The position numbers were made by a program, and so were the translations under genes. This document shows, piece after piece, positions 37,727 through 51,300 of a stretch of DNA of 64,000 nt; position 1 is the first letter of the stretch; each line of letters starts with the position of its first letter. The notes below the pieces were generated by a model that ran no database searches, had not been told where the DNA came from, and saw only the letters and a program-made list of their open reading frames with translations. Where the stretch lies: the NCBI RefSeq assembly GCF_006345805.1, contig NW_021832226.1, positions 610,426 through 674,425 on the forward strand, in the 5' to 3' direction. Origin of the DNA: Octopus sinensis. Taxonomy: Eukaryota.

Positions 37727-40700
37727 TTATGTAGTTTTTCTACTTCCACTTGCTTTAACATGGCGTGAGAAGTAATTCCGACTTCAATTAGAGTGATTTC
37801 GTTTTTCGTTTTATCAAGGACAAAGATATCTGGTCTATTGTTTTTTACATGAACATCTGTCTGCAAGGTGGTGTCCACTCTTATCTCCACTTTATGATTC
37901 GAGCTAACCGACTGGACTGTGTGTGACTTTAACCTTTTGGTTTTCCTGATTCCATTTTGGCGGCAGAGATGCAAATGGATGCATCTTATAACTTCATTAT
38001 GTCTTCTGGTATGATCACTGTTCAGCATTCTGCTACATCTTGTAGCCATGTGATCAACAGATTTTTTAGCTTGATTACAATGATTGCACATCCCTCCGTT
38101 ATCGTTGAAAAATATATTTCGATCCTGAATAATACAATACATTGCTTCTGATCTCGGACTGTTGTTTCCATTCACTAGCTATTCCGTAAACATATTGATG
38201 TCAACATTCTGATCCTCACAACATTTGAAAAGTACGGAATGCAAAATCTTCGATTTAATAATCTTCATTAGATTCTTTTGTTGATTTTCCTTGATTATGT
38301 TTATATTCAACTCTGAAGGATCTTCAATATTGTATTTGAAGGTAAGAAATCTTGCGATAGTGGCCATATGTGTTTTCTTTCTTTTCAAGACCCGCAAGAT
38401 TCCAGACTTTCTGAGACACATTGTAGACTTTCTTTCAAGATCAGTCAAAAATTGGTATAACATGCATTCACTTTTATGGACAATTGAATTAAGTCCTCTT
38501 CCAAGGCTAGATCTGCTTATATATAATCTTTCCTTATTTGCAGGTTTCAGATGAACATGTAAATTAGATAGAATCCTTCGAACTTCGGTATCAATGGCTT
38601 GAAACTCGTGTGGCTCAATGTCAATTAGTCCAATATAGTAATTGTAAAGTGATAGAGAATATTCATTAATCGCCTTGAATAGATTCACTGCATTTAGCTT
38701 CGTGTTCACTAAGCTTTCAATTCCCCTCTTTACATTTTCTGCAATTTTTTTCATAACTTCACGCTTCAATACATTTCTTCCTTTATCCTCCAGGACTCCC
38801 AGATATCGATATCCATCATATCCGTCAAGGCTTCTATAGTTTCTTTAACATAATTCAGATTTTTTTTTCACTCTTAGAACTAATGGTTGTTAAGGTCAAT
38901 AAGAAGAACATTACAACCGGCTACTGTGAAGAGTCATCGAAAGATACCAAAGGATACATTTTCTGAAGAGATACACTTACGGAGGACCATTCATTCTAAA
39001 TTATTGGAAGGGGGAATACGCTCGGCATTGAGAGTGCTCTCCAGTGATAGTCCATTCCTGAAGCCTTCAATTGAGACTCATGAAGCTCTCCTGGATCGAC
39101 ATCCGGCCGCTCCAAGCGACTCACGAAATCCACCTCTCCCAGGGATTCTTCAGCCATTGTCTGTCTCGGACGATGACATTAAAGCCGGAATTTTATCCTT
39201 CGCTCCAAGCAGCGGGGCGGGTCTAGACGGGCTGCGACCAGGACATCTTAAGGACTTAATCTCGCCGGACACTGGAAACTCGGGATCACGGCTTCTTTCG
39301 TCGATCTGTTCTCTCATCAACAGAATGCTTTTGGGAGATCTTCCAGAGCTAGTCCGTCACTTTTTCTTCTCTGCAAAACTGATCGCGCTAGAAAAGAAAG
39401 GAATCCTCTGGAGACGAGATGGCTCCTCCAGAACGCGTCCCAAGCAATAGTGAGGGGAAACAGGATCGCCATCAGTTCTTCTTCTTATTGACCTTAACAA
39501 CCATTAGTTCTAAGAGTGAAAAAAAACATAATTCAGATTGGTTGCAGATTTTTCAGAATTCCTCCTGAGACCAACAACACTGAAGTATTCATCAATACTA
39601 TCCATCATCTTCATGATCGTATCTTCTTTCTCAGCAGGTATTTTCAAATCATCAATAAATAGCAGATGATTAGTTGAGTATGTTATTTGAGACGGGCCAT
39701 TTTGGTCAATACAGATTTTAGGAAACTTCTGATTTAGTAACGGATCCATTACCAGCGTAAAAAGTTGGGGAGATAGTGAATCTCCTTGAAGAATTCCTCT
39801 TTCTAATTTCACTGTTCCGATTCTATTTACGTTGAGATTCAGAATCACTTTCCATTTACTTATCAAACTTTTAATAAACTTTACAATCCACTCAGGGAGT
39901 CCAGAATAATCCAATACCAGCGAAAAAAATTCATGGTTAACAGAATCAAATGCTTTCTTTATATCAATCCATGTCGCAAATAAGTTATTTCCATAGTGAT
40001 TGTTAATGCACTGGTTTATTAAAGCCTGTTCTTTTGCACCCTGGGGATGTCTTCTAGCTCCCAGTTGGTTATCCGAAACAAGATCAAAAGCTTCAATGTA
40101 GTCTGTAAGTTTAGTGTTGACACATTTTGTAACAAGTTTGTATAGTATAGGCATGCATGTAATCGGACGCAAGTCATTAGGTGATTCACAACAAGCTTTA
40201 TTTGGGATGAGAAATGTAACCCCAGTGTAAAACCACTAACCAGGACAGTAATCTCTACTAATAATCTTCAAAATTTCATCACATAAATAATTATGGAGGG
40301 ATTCAAACTTCTTAATAAAAAGCAGTATACTCCATCGCATCCAGAAGTCTCCAAGTTTGGCGCATAGTTAATAATACTTTTGATAAAGTCTGGTTTGATG
40401 TCAACTGGGGATTGTTCTATGCCAGTTATGCGTTTTCCAACAACATCAGTAACAATATGATTTTCATCTTTTTTTCCATATCTTCTCCCAAAATGACAAA
40501 CATTCACCTTCCGGCAACGTATATTTATTATCTTCTCCAGCATTCAGGTTTCGGTAAAGCCTCCTTCTGTTGAGTTCAAAACAAAAATTGTCTCTTCTAA
40601 ATGATTTCCGTGACTCATAAATCGAAATCCTTTTGTCCATGATTTTTATTCTATCTTCAATTAACGTACATATTCTGGTGATTTCTCCCTTTCTCGACTT

Positions 40701-40870
40701 CTTATATCCAAAGGAGCACATAAAGTCCAGGGCCGTATTTTTTTCACTTTGGATTTCAGACTGGAGAAATTAGCAATAAGAGTGAGGTTCTCGTTGAATT
40801 TAGTAATTCTTTTCTCAATATTTTCCCTCCAAGAGCTTCTTATTTTATTTTTTAAGAACCAAATTTTTGT
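37727..40870 (-). mobile_element. R4/Dong-like RLE retrotransposon, truncated at both ends
   Basis: RPITCMPILYK, WIDIKKAFDSV, GILQGDSLSP, LFIDDLK, CNHC..DHMATRC..RRHNEV, RPDIFV..LIEVG. Confidence 0.9.
38861..39526 (+). mobile_element. CRE-derived insertion with 3' ends at both termini
   Basis: Perfect 48-bp inverted repeat equal to the CRE stop/3'UTR/poly(A). TSD AACATAATTCAGATT. Internal SFAPSSGAGLDGLRPGHLKDL and LIALEKK. Confidence 0.88.
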
Positions 40871-40879
40871 AAGAACCAA

Positions 40880-42150
40880 AATTTTTTAAGAACAACTGGA
40901 GGAATAAGTGGGAAATAGCTTCGCTTCCTAAAGAAGCTTGGATGCTTAGCCACACTAAAAACCCACGACATACGTGAGACCCAGTGGCTTCTCCAGTTGA
41001 TCTCTGTTGCTATCGTGAGAGGCAACGCAACGTCGATTTTATTTTGTAAAAATTTGCTAATCTCAGCGTCTGAGGTCTATCCCTCAATGGTTCCAAGTCG
41101 GAGTTCACTCGCCTTTCCCCTGACTACTCTCTATTCGATCAGGCCTTCGCTTCTCTTTCTAAAAAGGTCGTCGGTCACAGATTTACAGATCTGAAAGATC
41201 TGATTATCTTTGGTTCGCCAATCTCCGGTGGAGGAATATTCACTGCAATCGGGGATAAGAGAGGTAAGTTAGTTCTGACCCTGAAACGAATCTTCGACCT
41301 CGATGCACACGTGAGCTATTTCTCATTAAAAACTATCTTTCTATCCTGCATCTCACCTACTTACTCCGTTCATCTCCGTGTTTCCAGGAACCCAACTTGT
41401 TGTCTGACTTGGATTTTATTATCTGAAAGTCTGTCGAAAAATTATCAATTTCAACTTCTCTGGAGACAAAATAAAACTGAATTCTCCAAATTTTTTCAAG
41501 GCTGTCGAGCATCCAATGTCGTTTTGTAATTATTACATCGGACAAATTTGAGAATATTAAAAGAATATGCGCAAGGTTTTGATGCGCCATTGTATACACA
41601 TGAAAAAAACATGGCCACTATCAAGAATTCATATGAAGAAAGTATGATTGGCCATTCCAGAAAGCCTTAAACAGAACGTTTTGAAGGATGTACAAGGAAA
41701 ATACTTAATTAAGCAGATACAAAGAAACCCCTTTTCCTCTATTTGATTTAATTGCAATGATGATTTAGACCTGGATTTGAAGAATTGTCTTTGTTGTTAT
41801 CACATGGGAACAACTCTCCAAGGTAGAGGGAATGCTGTGTATGATTCAGGACCGCAACTTTGACAGCGGAGGTAGTAGTTACAACCATTGAAATTCCGCC
41901 AAAAAAACTGTGGATCATTTTGCTACAAAATGTGGCAGAATTTTGAACAGCAATTACCTGCGTCGCCACAATTAGGTGCATGTGAGATATAAGAAGTTGA
42001 AGATCCACTTTGTTTAGTAGACTGACTCTAAACACGCATGGACACGACGATCAAGACGGATACTATCGATTGAACCTATGGCTGACGGACAACCGGCTCG
42101 TGGTATACGCTGCGAAGTCCGCCACGTCCCTCTTCACTTCATTAAATCGC
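40880..42150 (+). mobile_element. Patchwork of CRE, CRE, R4-like and Ingi-like fragments
   Basis: ISVAIVRGNA at about 41000; a CRE post-RT segment like 62072-62300; HGNNSPR..IQDRN..VDHFATKC..RRHN at 41800-41980; LWLTDNRLVV..KSATSLFT at 42070-42140. Confidence 0.7.
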
Positions 42151-42399
42151 AATTTTTTTTCATAAAAATTTACTTGGTGGGTTATTTTTATTTGCTAAAC
42201 CGATTTTAAAATTTTTTTTTCCAAATTATCAACTATTTTTTTCCAATCTAGAGTCTTTTGGCATAAAACAACATAGAATGCAATTTTAAAACTAATTTAT
42301 TATTTTTTATTATATAGATATTTATTTATTTTGTAAAAATTATAAAATACTATTTAATTACTATTTTTGTGTGGGCATGAAGGTTACCCTCTGGAATGC

Positions 42400-45300
42400 T
42401 GCATAATATTTTACACAATTCATTACATAATCTTATGTTCCCGCATATCTTCAAATCGAGGGACCGACCCAAATTGCATAATATACTACGCAATTCATTT
42501 GACTAATAAATTACGCAATTCATTACATATTCTCAATTACCCAAATATCGTCACATCTAGGGATCGCCTATAATTGCATAATATTTTACCCAATTCATTA
42601 CATGATCTTATGTTCCCGCATATCCTCAAATCGAGGGACCGACCCAAATTGCATAATATACTACGCAATTCATAATATAATCTCAAGTACCCACATATCC
42701 TAAAATTTAGGGAAATCCCATAATTGCATAATATATTACGCAATTCATTATATGATCTCAAGTACCCCTAAATCCTTTCATCTTGGGATCTTCCAGAATT
42801 GCATTATATATTACACAATTCATAATATAATCGAAAATACCCCTATATCCTTGCATCTAGGGACCTCCGAGAATTGCATTATATATTACACAATTCATAA
42901 TATAATCTCAATTACCCCCTTATTGTCACATCAAGAGATGAACCCAATTGAATAATATATTACGCAATTCATTACATAATCTCAAGTACCCAAATATCCT
43001 TAAATTTATGGACTACCGAATTTGCTTAATATATTACGCAATCGAATTTATAATCTTAAGAAACGCCATATCCTCACATCTGGTATTTCCATAATTGCAT
43101 AATATAATACACAATAAATTACATCATCTCAAGTACCCCCATATCGTCACATCAAGAGATAAACCCAAATTGAATAATATATAAAGCAATTTATCATATA
43201 ATCTCAAGTACCCCATTATCACAAATCTAGAGATCGCCCAAAATTGCATAATATCTTAGGCAATTCAATACTTACTCAATAATGTACCCGCATATTCTCA
43301 AATCGATGGACCGATCCAAATTGCATAATATCTATGCAATTATAATATGATCTCAAGTACCCAAATATCCCAACATCTAGGGACATCCCATAATTGCATA
43401 ATATATTGCGCAATTTATTATATAATCTAATGTACCCCCATAGTGTCACATCAAGAGATGAACCCAAATTGACTAATATATTACGCAATTCATTACATAA
43501 TCTCAAGTACCCAAATATCGTCACATCTAGGGATCGCCTATAATTGCATATATTTTTACCCAATTCATGACATAATCTTATGTTCCCGCATATCCTCAAA
43601 TCGGGGGACCGACCAAATTGCAAAATATACTACGCAATTCATAATATAATCTCAAGTACCCCCTTATTGTCACATCAAGAGATGAACCCAAATTGAATAA
43701 TATATTGCGCAATTCATTACATAATCTCAAGTACCCTAATATCCTTACCTATGGACCACAGAATTTGCTTAATATATTACGCAATTGAATTTATAATCTT
43801 AAAAACGTCATATCCTCACATCTGGTATTTAGATAATTGGCATAATATAGTACACAATTAATGAGATCATCTCAAGTACCCTTTTATCGTCACTTCAAGA
43901 GATAAACCCAAATTGAATAATATATAACGCAATTTATCACATAATCTCAAGTACCCCATTATCCCAAATCTAGGGATCGCCCAAAATTGCATAATATCTT
44001 AGGCAATTCAATACATACTCTAATGTACCCCATATCCTCAAATCGAGGGACCGATCCAAATTGCATAATATCTATGCAATTCATAATATGATCTCAAGTA
44101 CCCAAATATCCCAACATCTAGGGACATCCCATAATTGCATAATATATTGCGCAATTTATTATATAATCTCAAGTACCCCCATAGTGTCACATCAAGAGAT
44201 GAACCCAAATTGACTAATATATTACGCAATTCATTACATAATCTCAAGTACCCAAATATCGTCACATCTAGGGATCGCCTATAATTGCATAATATTTTAC
44301 CCAATTCATTACATAATCTTATGTTCCCGCATATACTCAAATCGAGGGACCCCCCAAATTGCATAATATACTACGCAATTCATAATATAATCTCAAGTAC
44401 CCACATATCCCAACATCCAGGGACCTTCCAGAATTGCATTATATATTACGTAATTCATAATATAATCTAAGAACTCTAATATCCTCAAATCCTGTACCTC
44501 TTAAAATTGCATATATATTACGTAATTCATTACATTATCTCAAGAAACCCCATATCGTCACATATATCGACACTCCTGAAATGGCATAATATAGTAGAAT
44601 TCATTACATAATCTCATGTACACTCATATCCTCACTTTTAGGGAATTCATATAAGTGCATAAAATATTACGCAATTCATTATATAATCTCATGTACCTTT
44701 ATTGTCACATCTAGGGATCACCTATAATTGCATAATATTTTACACAATTCATTACATAATCTTATGTTCCCGCATATCTTCAAATCGAGGGACCGACCCA
44801 AATTGCATAATATACTACGCAATTCATTTGACTAATAAATTACGCAATTCATTACATATTCTCAATTACCCAAATATCGTCACATCTAGGGATCGCCTAT
44901 AATTGCATAATATTTTACACAATTCATTACATAATCTTATGTTCCCGCTTATCCTCAAATCGAGGGACCGACCCAAATTGCATAATATACTACGCAATTC
45001 ATAATATAATCTCAAGTACCCAAATATCCCAACATCTAGGGACATCCCATAATTGCATAATATATTGCGCAATTTATTATATAATCTCATGTACCCCCTA
45101 GTGTCACATCAAGAGATGAACCCAAATTGACTAATATATTACGCAATTCATTACATAATCTCAAGTACCCAAATATCGTCACATCTAGGAATCGCCTATA
45201 ATTGCATAATATTTTACCTAATTCATTACATAATCTAATGTTCCCGCATATCCTCAAATCGAGGGACCCACCCAAATTGCATAATATCTATGCAATTCAT

Positions 45301-48300
45301 AATATGATCTCAAGTACCCAAATATCCCAACATCTAGGGACATCCCATAATTGCATAATATATTGCGCAATTTATTATATAATCTCATGTACCCCCATAG
45401 TGTCACATCAAGAGATGAACCCAAATTGACTAATATATTACGCAATTCATTACATAATCTCAAGTACCCAAATATCGTCACATCTAGGAATCGCCTATAA
45501 TTGCATAATATTTTACCTAATTCATTACATAATCTAATGTTCCCGCATATCCTCAAATCGAGGGACCCACCCAAATTGCATAATATACTACGCAATTCAT
45601 AATATAATCTCAAGTACCCACATATCCCAACATCTAGGGACCTTCCAGAATTGCATTATATATTACGTAATTCATAATATAATCTAAAGAACTCTAATAT
45701 CCTCAAATCCTGTACCTCTTAAAATTGCATTATATATTACGTAATTCATTACATTATCTCAAGAAACCCCATATCGTCACATATATCGACACTCCTGAAA
45801 TGGCATAATATAGTAGAATTCATTACATAATCTCATGTACACTCATATCCTCACTTTTAGGGAATTCATATAAGTGCATAAAATATTACGCAATTCATTA
45901 TATAATCTCATGTACCTTTATATTGTCACATCTAGGGATCACCTATAATTGCATAATATTTTACACAATTCATTACATAATCTTATGTTCCCGCATATCT
46001 TCAAATCGAGGGACCGACCCAAATTGCATAATATACTACGCAATTCATTTGACTAATAAATTACGCAATTCATTACATATTCTCAATTACCCAAATATCG
46101 TCACATCTAGGGATCGCCTATAATTGCATAATATTTTACACAATTCATTACATAATCTTATGTTCCCGCATATCCTCAAATCGAGGGACCGACCCAAATT
46201 GCATAATATACTACGCAATTCATAATGTAATCTCAAGTACCCACATATCCTAAAATTTAGGGAAATCCCATAATTGCATAATATATAACGCAATTCATTA
46301 TATGATCTCAAGTACCGCTAAATCCTTTCATCTTGGGATCTTCCAGAATTGCATTATATATTACACAATTCATAATATAATCGAAAATACCCCCTTATTG
46401 TCACATCAAGAGATGAACCCAAATTGAATAATATATTACGCAATTCATTACATAATCTCAAGTACCCAAATATCCTTAAATTTATGGACTACCGAATTTG
46501 CTTAATATATTACGCAATCGAATTTATAATCTTAAGAAACGCCATATCCTCACATCTGGTATTTCCATAATTGCATAATATAATACACAATAAATTACAT
46601 CATCTCAAGTACCCCTATCGTCACATCAAGAGATAAACCCAATTGAATAATATATAAAGCAATTTATCATATAATCTCAGTAGTACCCCATTATCACAAA
46701 TCTAGGGATCGCCCAAAATTGCATAATATCTTAGGCAATTCAATACTTACTCAATAATGTACCCGCATATTCTCAAATCGATGGACCGATCCAAATTGCA
46801 TAATATCTATGCAATTATAATATGATCTCAAGTACCCAAATATCCCAACATCTAGGGACATCCCATAATTGCATAATATATTGCGCAATTTATTATATAA
46901 TCTAATGTACCCCCATAGTGTCACATCAAGAGATGAACCCAAATTGACTAATATATTACGCAATTCATTACATAATCTCAAGTACCCAAATATCGTCACA
47001 TCTAGGGATCGCCTATAATTGCATAATATTTTACCCAATTCATGACATAATCTTATGTTCCCGCATATCCTCAAATCGGGGGACCGACCAAATTGCAAAA
47101 TATACTACGCAATTCATAATATAATCTCAAGTACCCCCTTATTGTCACATCAAGAGATGAACCCAAATTGAATAATATATTGCGCAATTCATTACATAAT
47201 CTCAAGTACCCTAATATCCTTACATCTATGGACCACAGAATTTGCTTAATATATTACGCAATTGAATTTATAATCTTAAAAACGTCATATCCTCACATCT
47301 GGTATTTAGATAATTGCATAATATAGTACACAATTAATGAGATCATCTCAAGTACCCGCTTATCGTCACTTCAAGAGATAAACCCAAATTGAATAATATA
47401 TAACGCAATTTATCACATAATCTCAAGTACCCCATTATCCCAAATCTAGGGATCGCCCAAAATTGCATAATATCTTAGGCAATTCAATACATACTCTAAT
47501 GTACCCCATATCCTCAAATCGAGGGACCGATCCAAATTGCATAATATCTATGCAATTCATAATATGATCTCAAGTACCCAAATATCCCAACATCTAGGGA
47601 CATCCCATAATTGGATAATATATTGCGCTATTTATTATATAATCTCAAGTACCCCCATAGTGTCACATCAAGAGATGAACCCAAATTGACTAATATATTA
47701 CGCAATTCATTACATAATCTCAAGTACCCAAATATCGTCACATCTAGGGATCGCCTATAATTGCATAATATTTTACCCAATTCATTACATAATCTTATGT
47801 TCCCGCATATACTCAAATCGAGGGACCCACCCAAATTGCATAATATACTACGCAATTCATAATATAATCTCAAGTACCCACATATCCCAACATCCAGGGA
47901 CCTTCCAGAATTGCATTATATATTACGTAATTCATAATATAATCTAAAGAACTCTAATATCCTCAAATCCTGTACCTCTTAAAATTGCATTATATATTAC
48001 GTAATTCATTACATTATCTCAAGAAACCCCATATCGTCACATATATCGACACTCCTGAAATGGCATAATATAGTAAAATTCATTACATAATCTCATGTAC
48101 ACTCATATCCTCACTTTTAGGGAATTCATATAAGTGCATAAAATATTACGCAATTCATTATATAATCTCATGTACCTTTATATTGTCACATCTAGGGATC
48201 ACCTATAATTGCATAATATTTTACACAATTCATTACATAATCTTATGTTCCCGCATATCTTCAAATCGAGGGACCGACCCAAATTGCATAATATACTACG

Positions 48301-51300
48301 CAATTCATTTGACTAATAAATTACGCAATTCATTACATATTCTCAATTACCCAAATATCGTCACATCTAGGGATCGCCTATAATTGCATAATATTTTACA
48401 CAATTCATTACATAATCTTATGTTCCCGCATATCCTCAAATCGAGGGACCGACCCAAATTGCATAATATACTACGCAATTCATAATATAATCTCAAGTAC
48501 CCACATATCCTAAAATTTAGGGAAATCCCATAATTGCATAATATATAACGCAATTCATTATATGATCTCAAGTACCGCTAAATCCTTTCATCTTGGGATC
48601 TTCCAGAATTGCATTATATATTACACAATTCATAATATAATCGAAAATACCCCTATATCCTTGCATCTAGGGACCTCCGAGAATTGCATTATATATTACA
48701 CAATTCATAATATAATCTCAATTACCCCCTTATTGTCACATCAAGAGATGAACCCAAATTGAATAATATATTACGCAATTCATTACATAATCTCAAGTAC
48801 CCAAATATCCTTAAATTTATGGACTACCGAATTTGCTTAATATATTACGCAATCGAATTTATAATCTTAAGAAACGCCATATCCTCACATCTGGTATTTC
48901 CATAATTGCATAATATAATACACAATAAATTACACATCATCTCAAGTACCCCCATATCGTCACATCAAGAGATAAACCCAAATTGAATAATATATAACGC
49001 AATTTATCATATAATCTCAACCCCCCCATTATCCCAATCTAGGGATCGCCCAAAATTGCATAATATCTTAGGCAATTCAATACTTACTCAATAATGTACC
49101 CGCATATTCTCAAATCGAGGGACCGATTCAAATTGCATAATATCTATGCAATTATAATATGATCTCAAGTACCCAAATATCCCAACATCTAGGGACATCC
49201 CATAATTGCATAATATATTGCGCAATTTATTATATAATCTCATGTACCCCCTAGTGTCACATCAAGAGATGAACCCAAATTGACAAATATATTACGCAAT
49301 TCATTACATAATCTCAAGTACCCAAATATCGTCACATCTAGGAATCGCCTATAATTGCATAATATTTTACCTAATTCATTACATAATCTAATGTTCCCGC
49401 ATATCCTCAAATCGAGGGACCCACCCAAATTCAAATATACTACGCAATTCATAATATAATCTCAAGTACCCACATATCCCAACATCTAGGGACCTTCCAG
49501 AATTGCATTATATATTACGTAATTCATAATATAATCTAAAGAACTCTAATATCCTCAAATCCTGTACCTCTTAAAATTGCATTATATTTACGTAATTCAT
49601 TACATTATCTCAAGAAACCCCATATCGTCACATATATCGACACTCCTGAAATGGCATAATATAGTAGAATTCATTACATAATCTCATGTACACTCATATC
49701 CTCACTTTTAGGGAATTCATATAAGTGCATAAAATATTACGCAATTCATTATATAATCTCATGTACCTTTATATTGTCACATCTAGGGATCACCTATAAT
49801 GCATAATATTTTACACAATTCATTACATAATCTTATGTTCCCGCATATCTTCAAATCGAGGGACCGACCCAAATTGCATAATATACTACGCAATTCATTT
49901 GACTAATAAATTACGCATTCATTACATATTCTCAATTACCCAAATATCGTCACATCTAGGGATCGCCTATAATTGCATAATATTTTACAACAATTCATTA
50001 CATAATCTTATGTTCCCGCATATCCTCAAATCGAGGGACCGACCCAAATTGCATAATATACTACGCAATTCATAATATAATCTCAAGTACCCACATATCC
50101 TAAAATTTAGGGAAATCCCATAATTGCATAATATATAACGCAATTCATTATATGATCTCAAGTACCCCTAAATCCTTTCATCTTGGGATCTTCCAGAATT
50201 GCATTATATATTACACAATTCATAATATAATCGAAAATACCCCTATATCCTTGCATCTAGGGACCTCCGAGAATTGCATTATATATTACACAATTCATAA
50301 TATAATCTCAATTACCCCCTTATTGTCACATCAAGAGATGAACCCAAATTGAATAATATATTACGCAATTCATTACATAATCTCAAGTACCCAAATATCC
50401 TTAAATTTATGGACTACCGAATTTGCTTAATATATTACGCAATCGAATTTATAATCTTAAGAAACGCCATATCCTCACATCTGGTATTTCCATAATTGCA
50501 TAATATAATACACAATAAATTACATCATCTCAAGTACCCCCATATCGTCACATCAAGAGATAAACCCAAATTGAATAATATATAACGCAATTTATCATAT
50601 AATCTCAAGTACCCCATTATCCCAAATCTAGGGATCGCCCAAAATTGCATAATATCTTAAGCAATTCAATACATACTCTAATGTACCCGCATATTCTCAA
50701 ATCGAGGGACCGATTCAAATTGCATAATATCTATGCAATTATAATATGATCTCAAGTACCCAAATATCCCAACATCTAGGGACATCCCATAATTGCATAA
50801 TATATTGCGCAATTTATTATATAATCTCATGTACCCCCTAGTGTCACATCAAGAGATGAACCCAAATTGACAAATATATTACGCAATTCATTACATAATC
50901 TCAAGTACCCAAATATCGTCACATCTAGGAATCGCCTATAATTGCATAATATTTTACCTAATTCATTACATAATCTAATGTTCCCGCATATCCTCAAATC
51001 GAGGGACCCACCCAAATTGCATAATATACTACGCAATTCATAATATAATCTCAAGTACCCACATATCCCAACATCTAGGGACCTTCCAGAATTGCATTAT
51101 ATATTACACAATTCATAATATAATCGAAAATACCCCTATATCCTTGCATCTAGGGACCTCCGAGAATTGCATTATATATTACACAATTCATAATATAATC
51201 TCAATTACCCCCTTATTGTCACATCAAGAGATGAACCCAAATTGAATAATATATTACGCAATTCATTACATAATCTCAAGTACCCAAATATCCTTAAATT

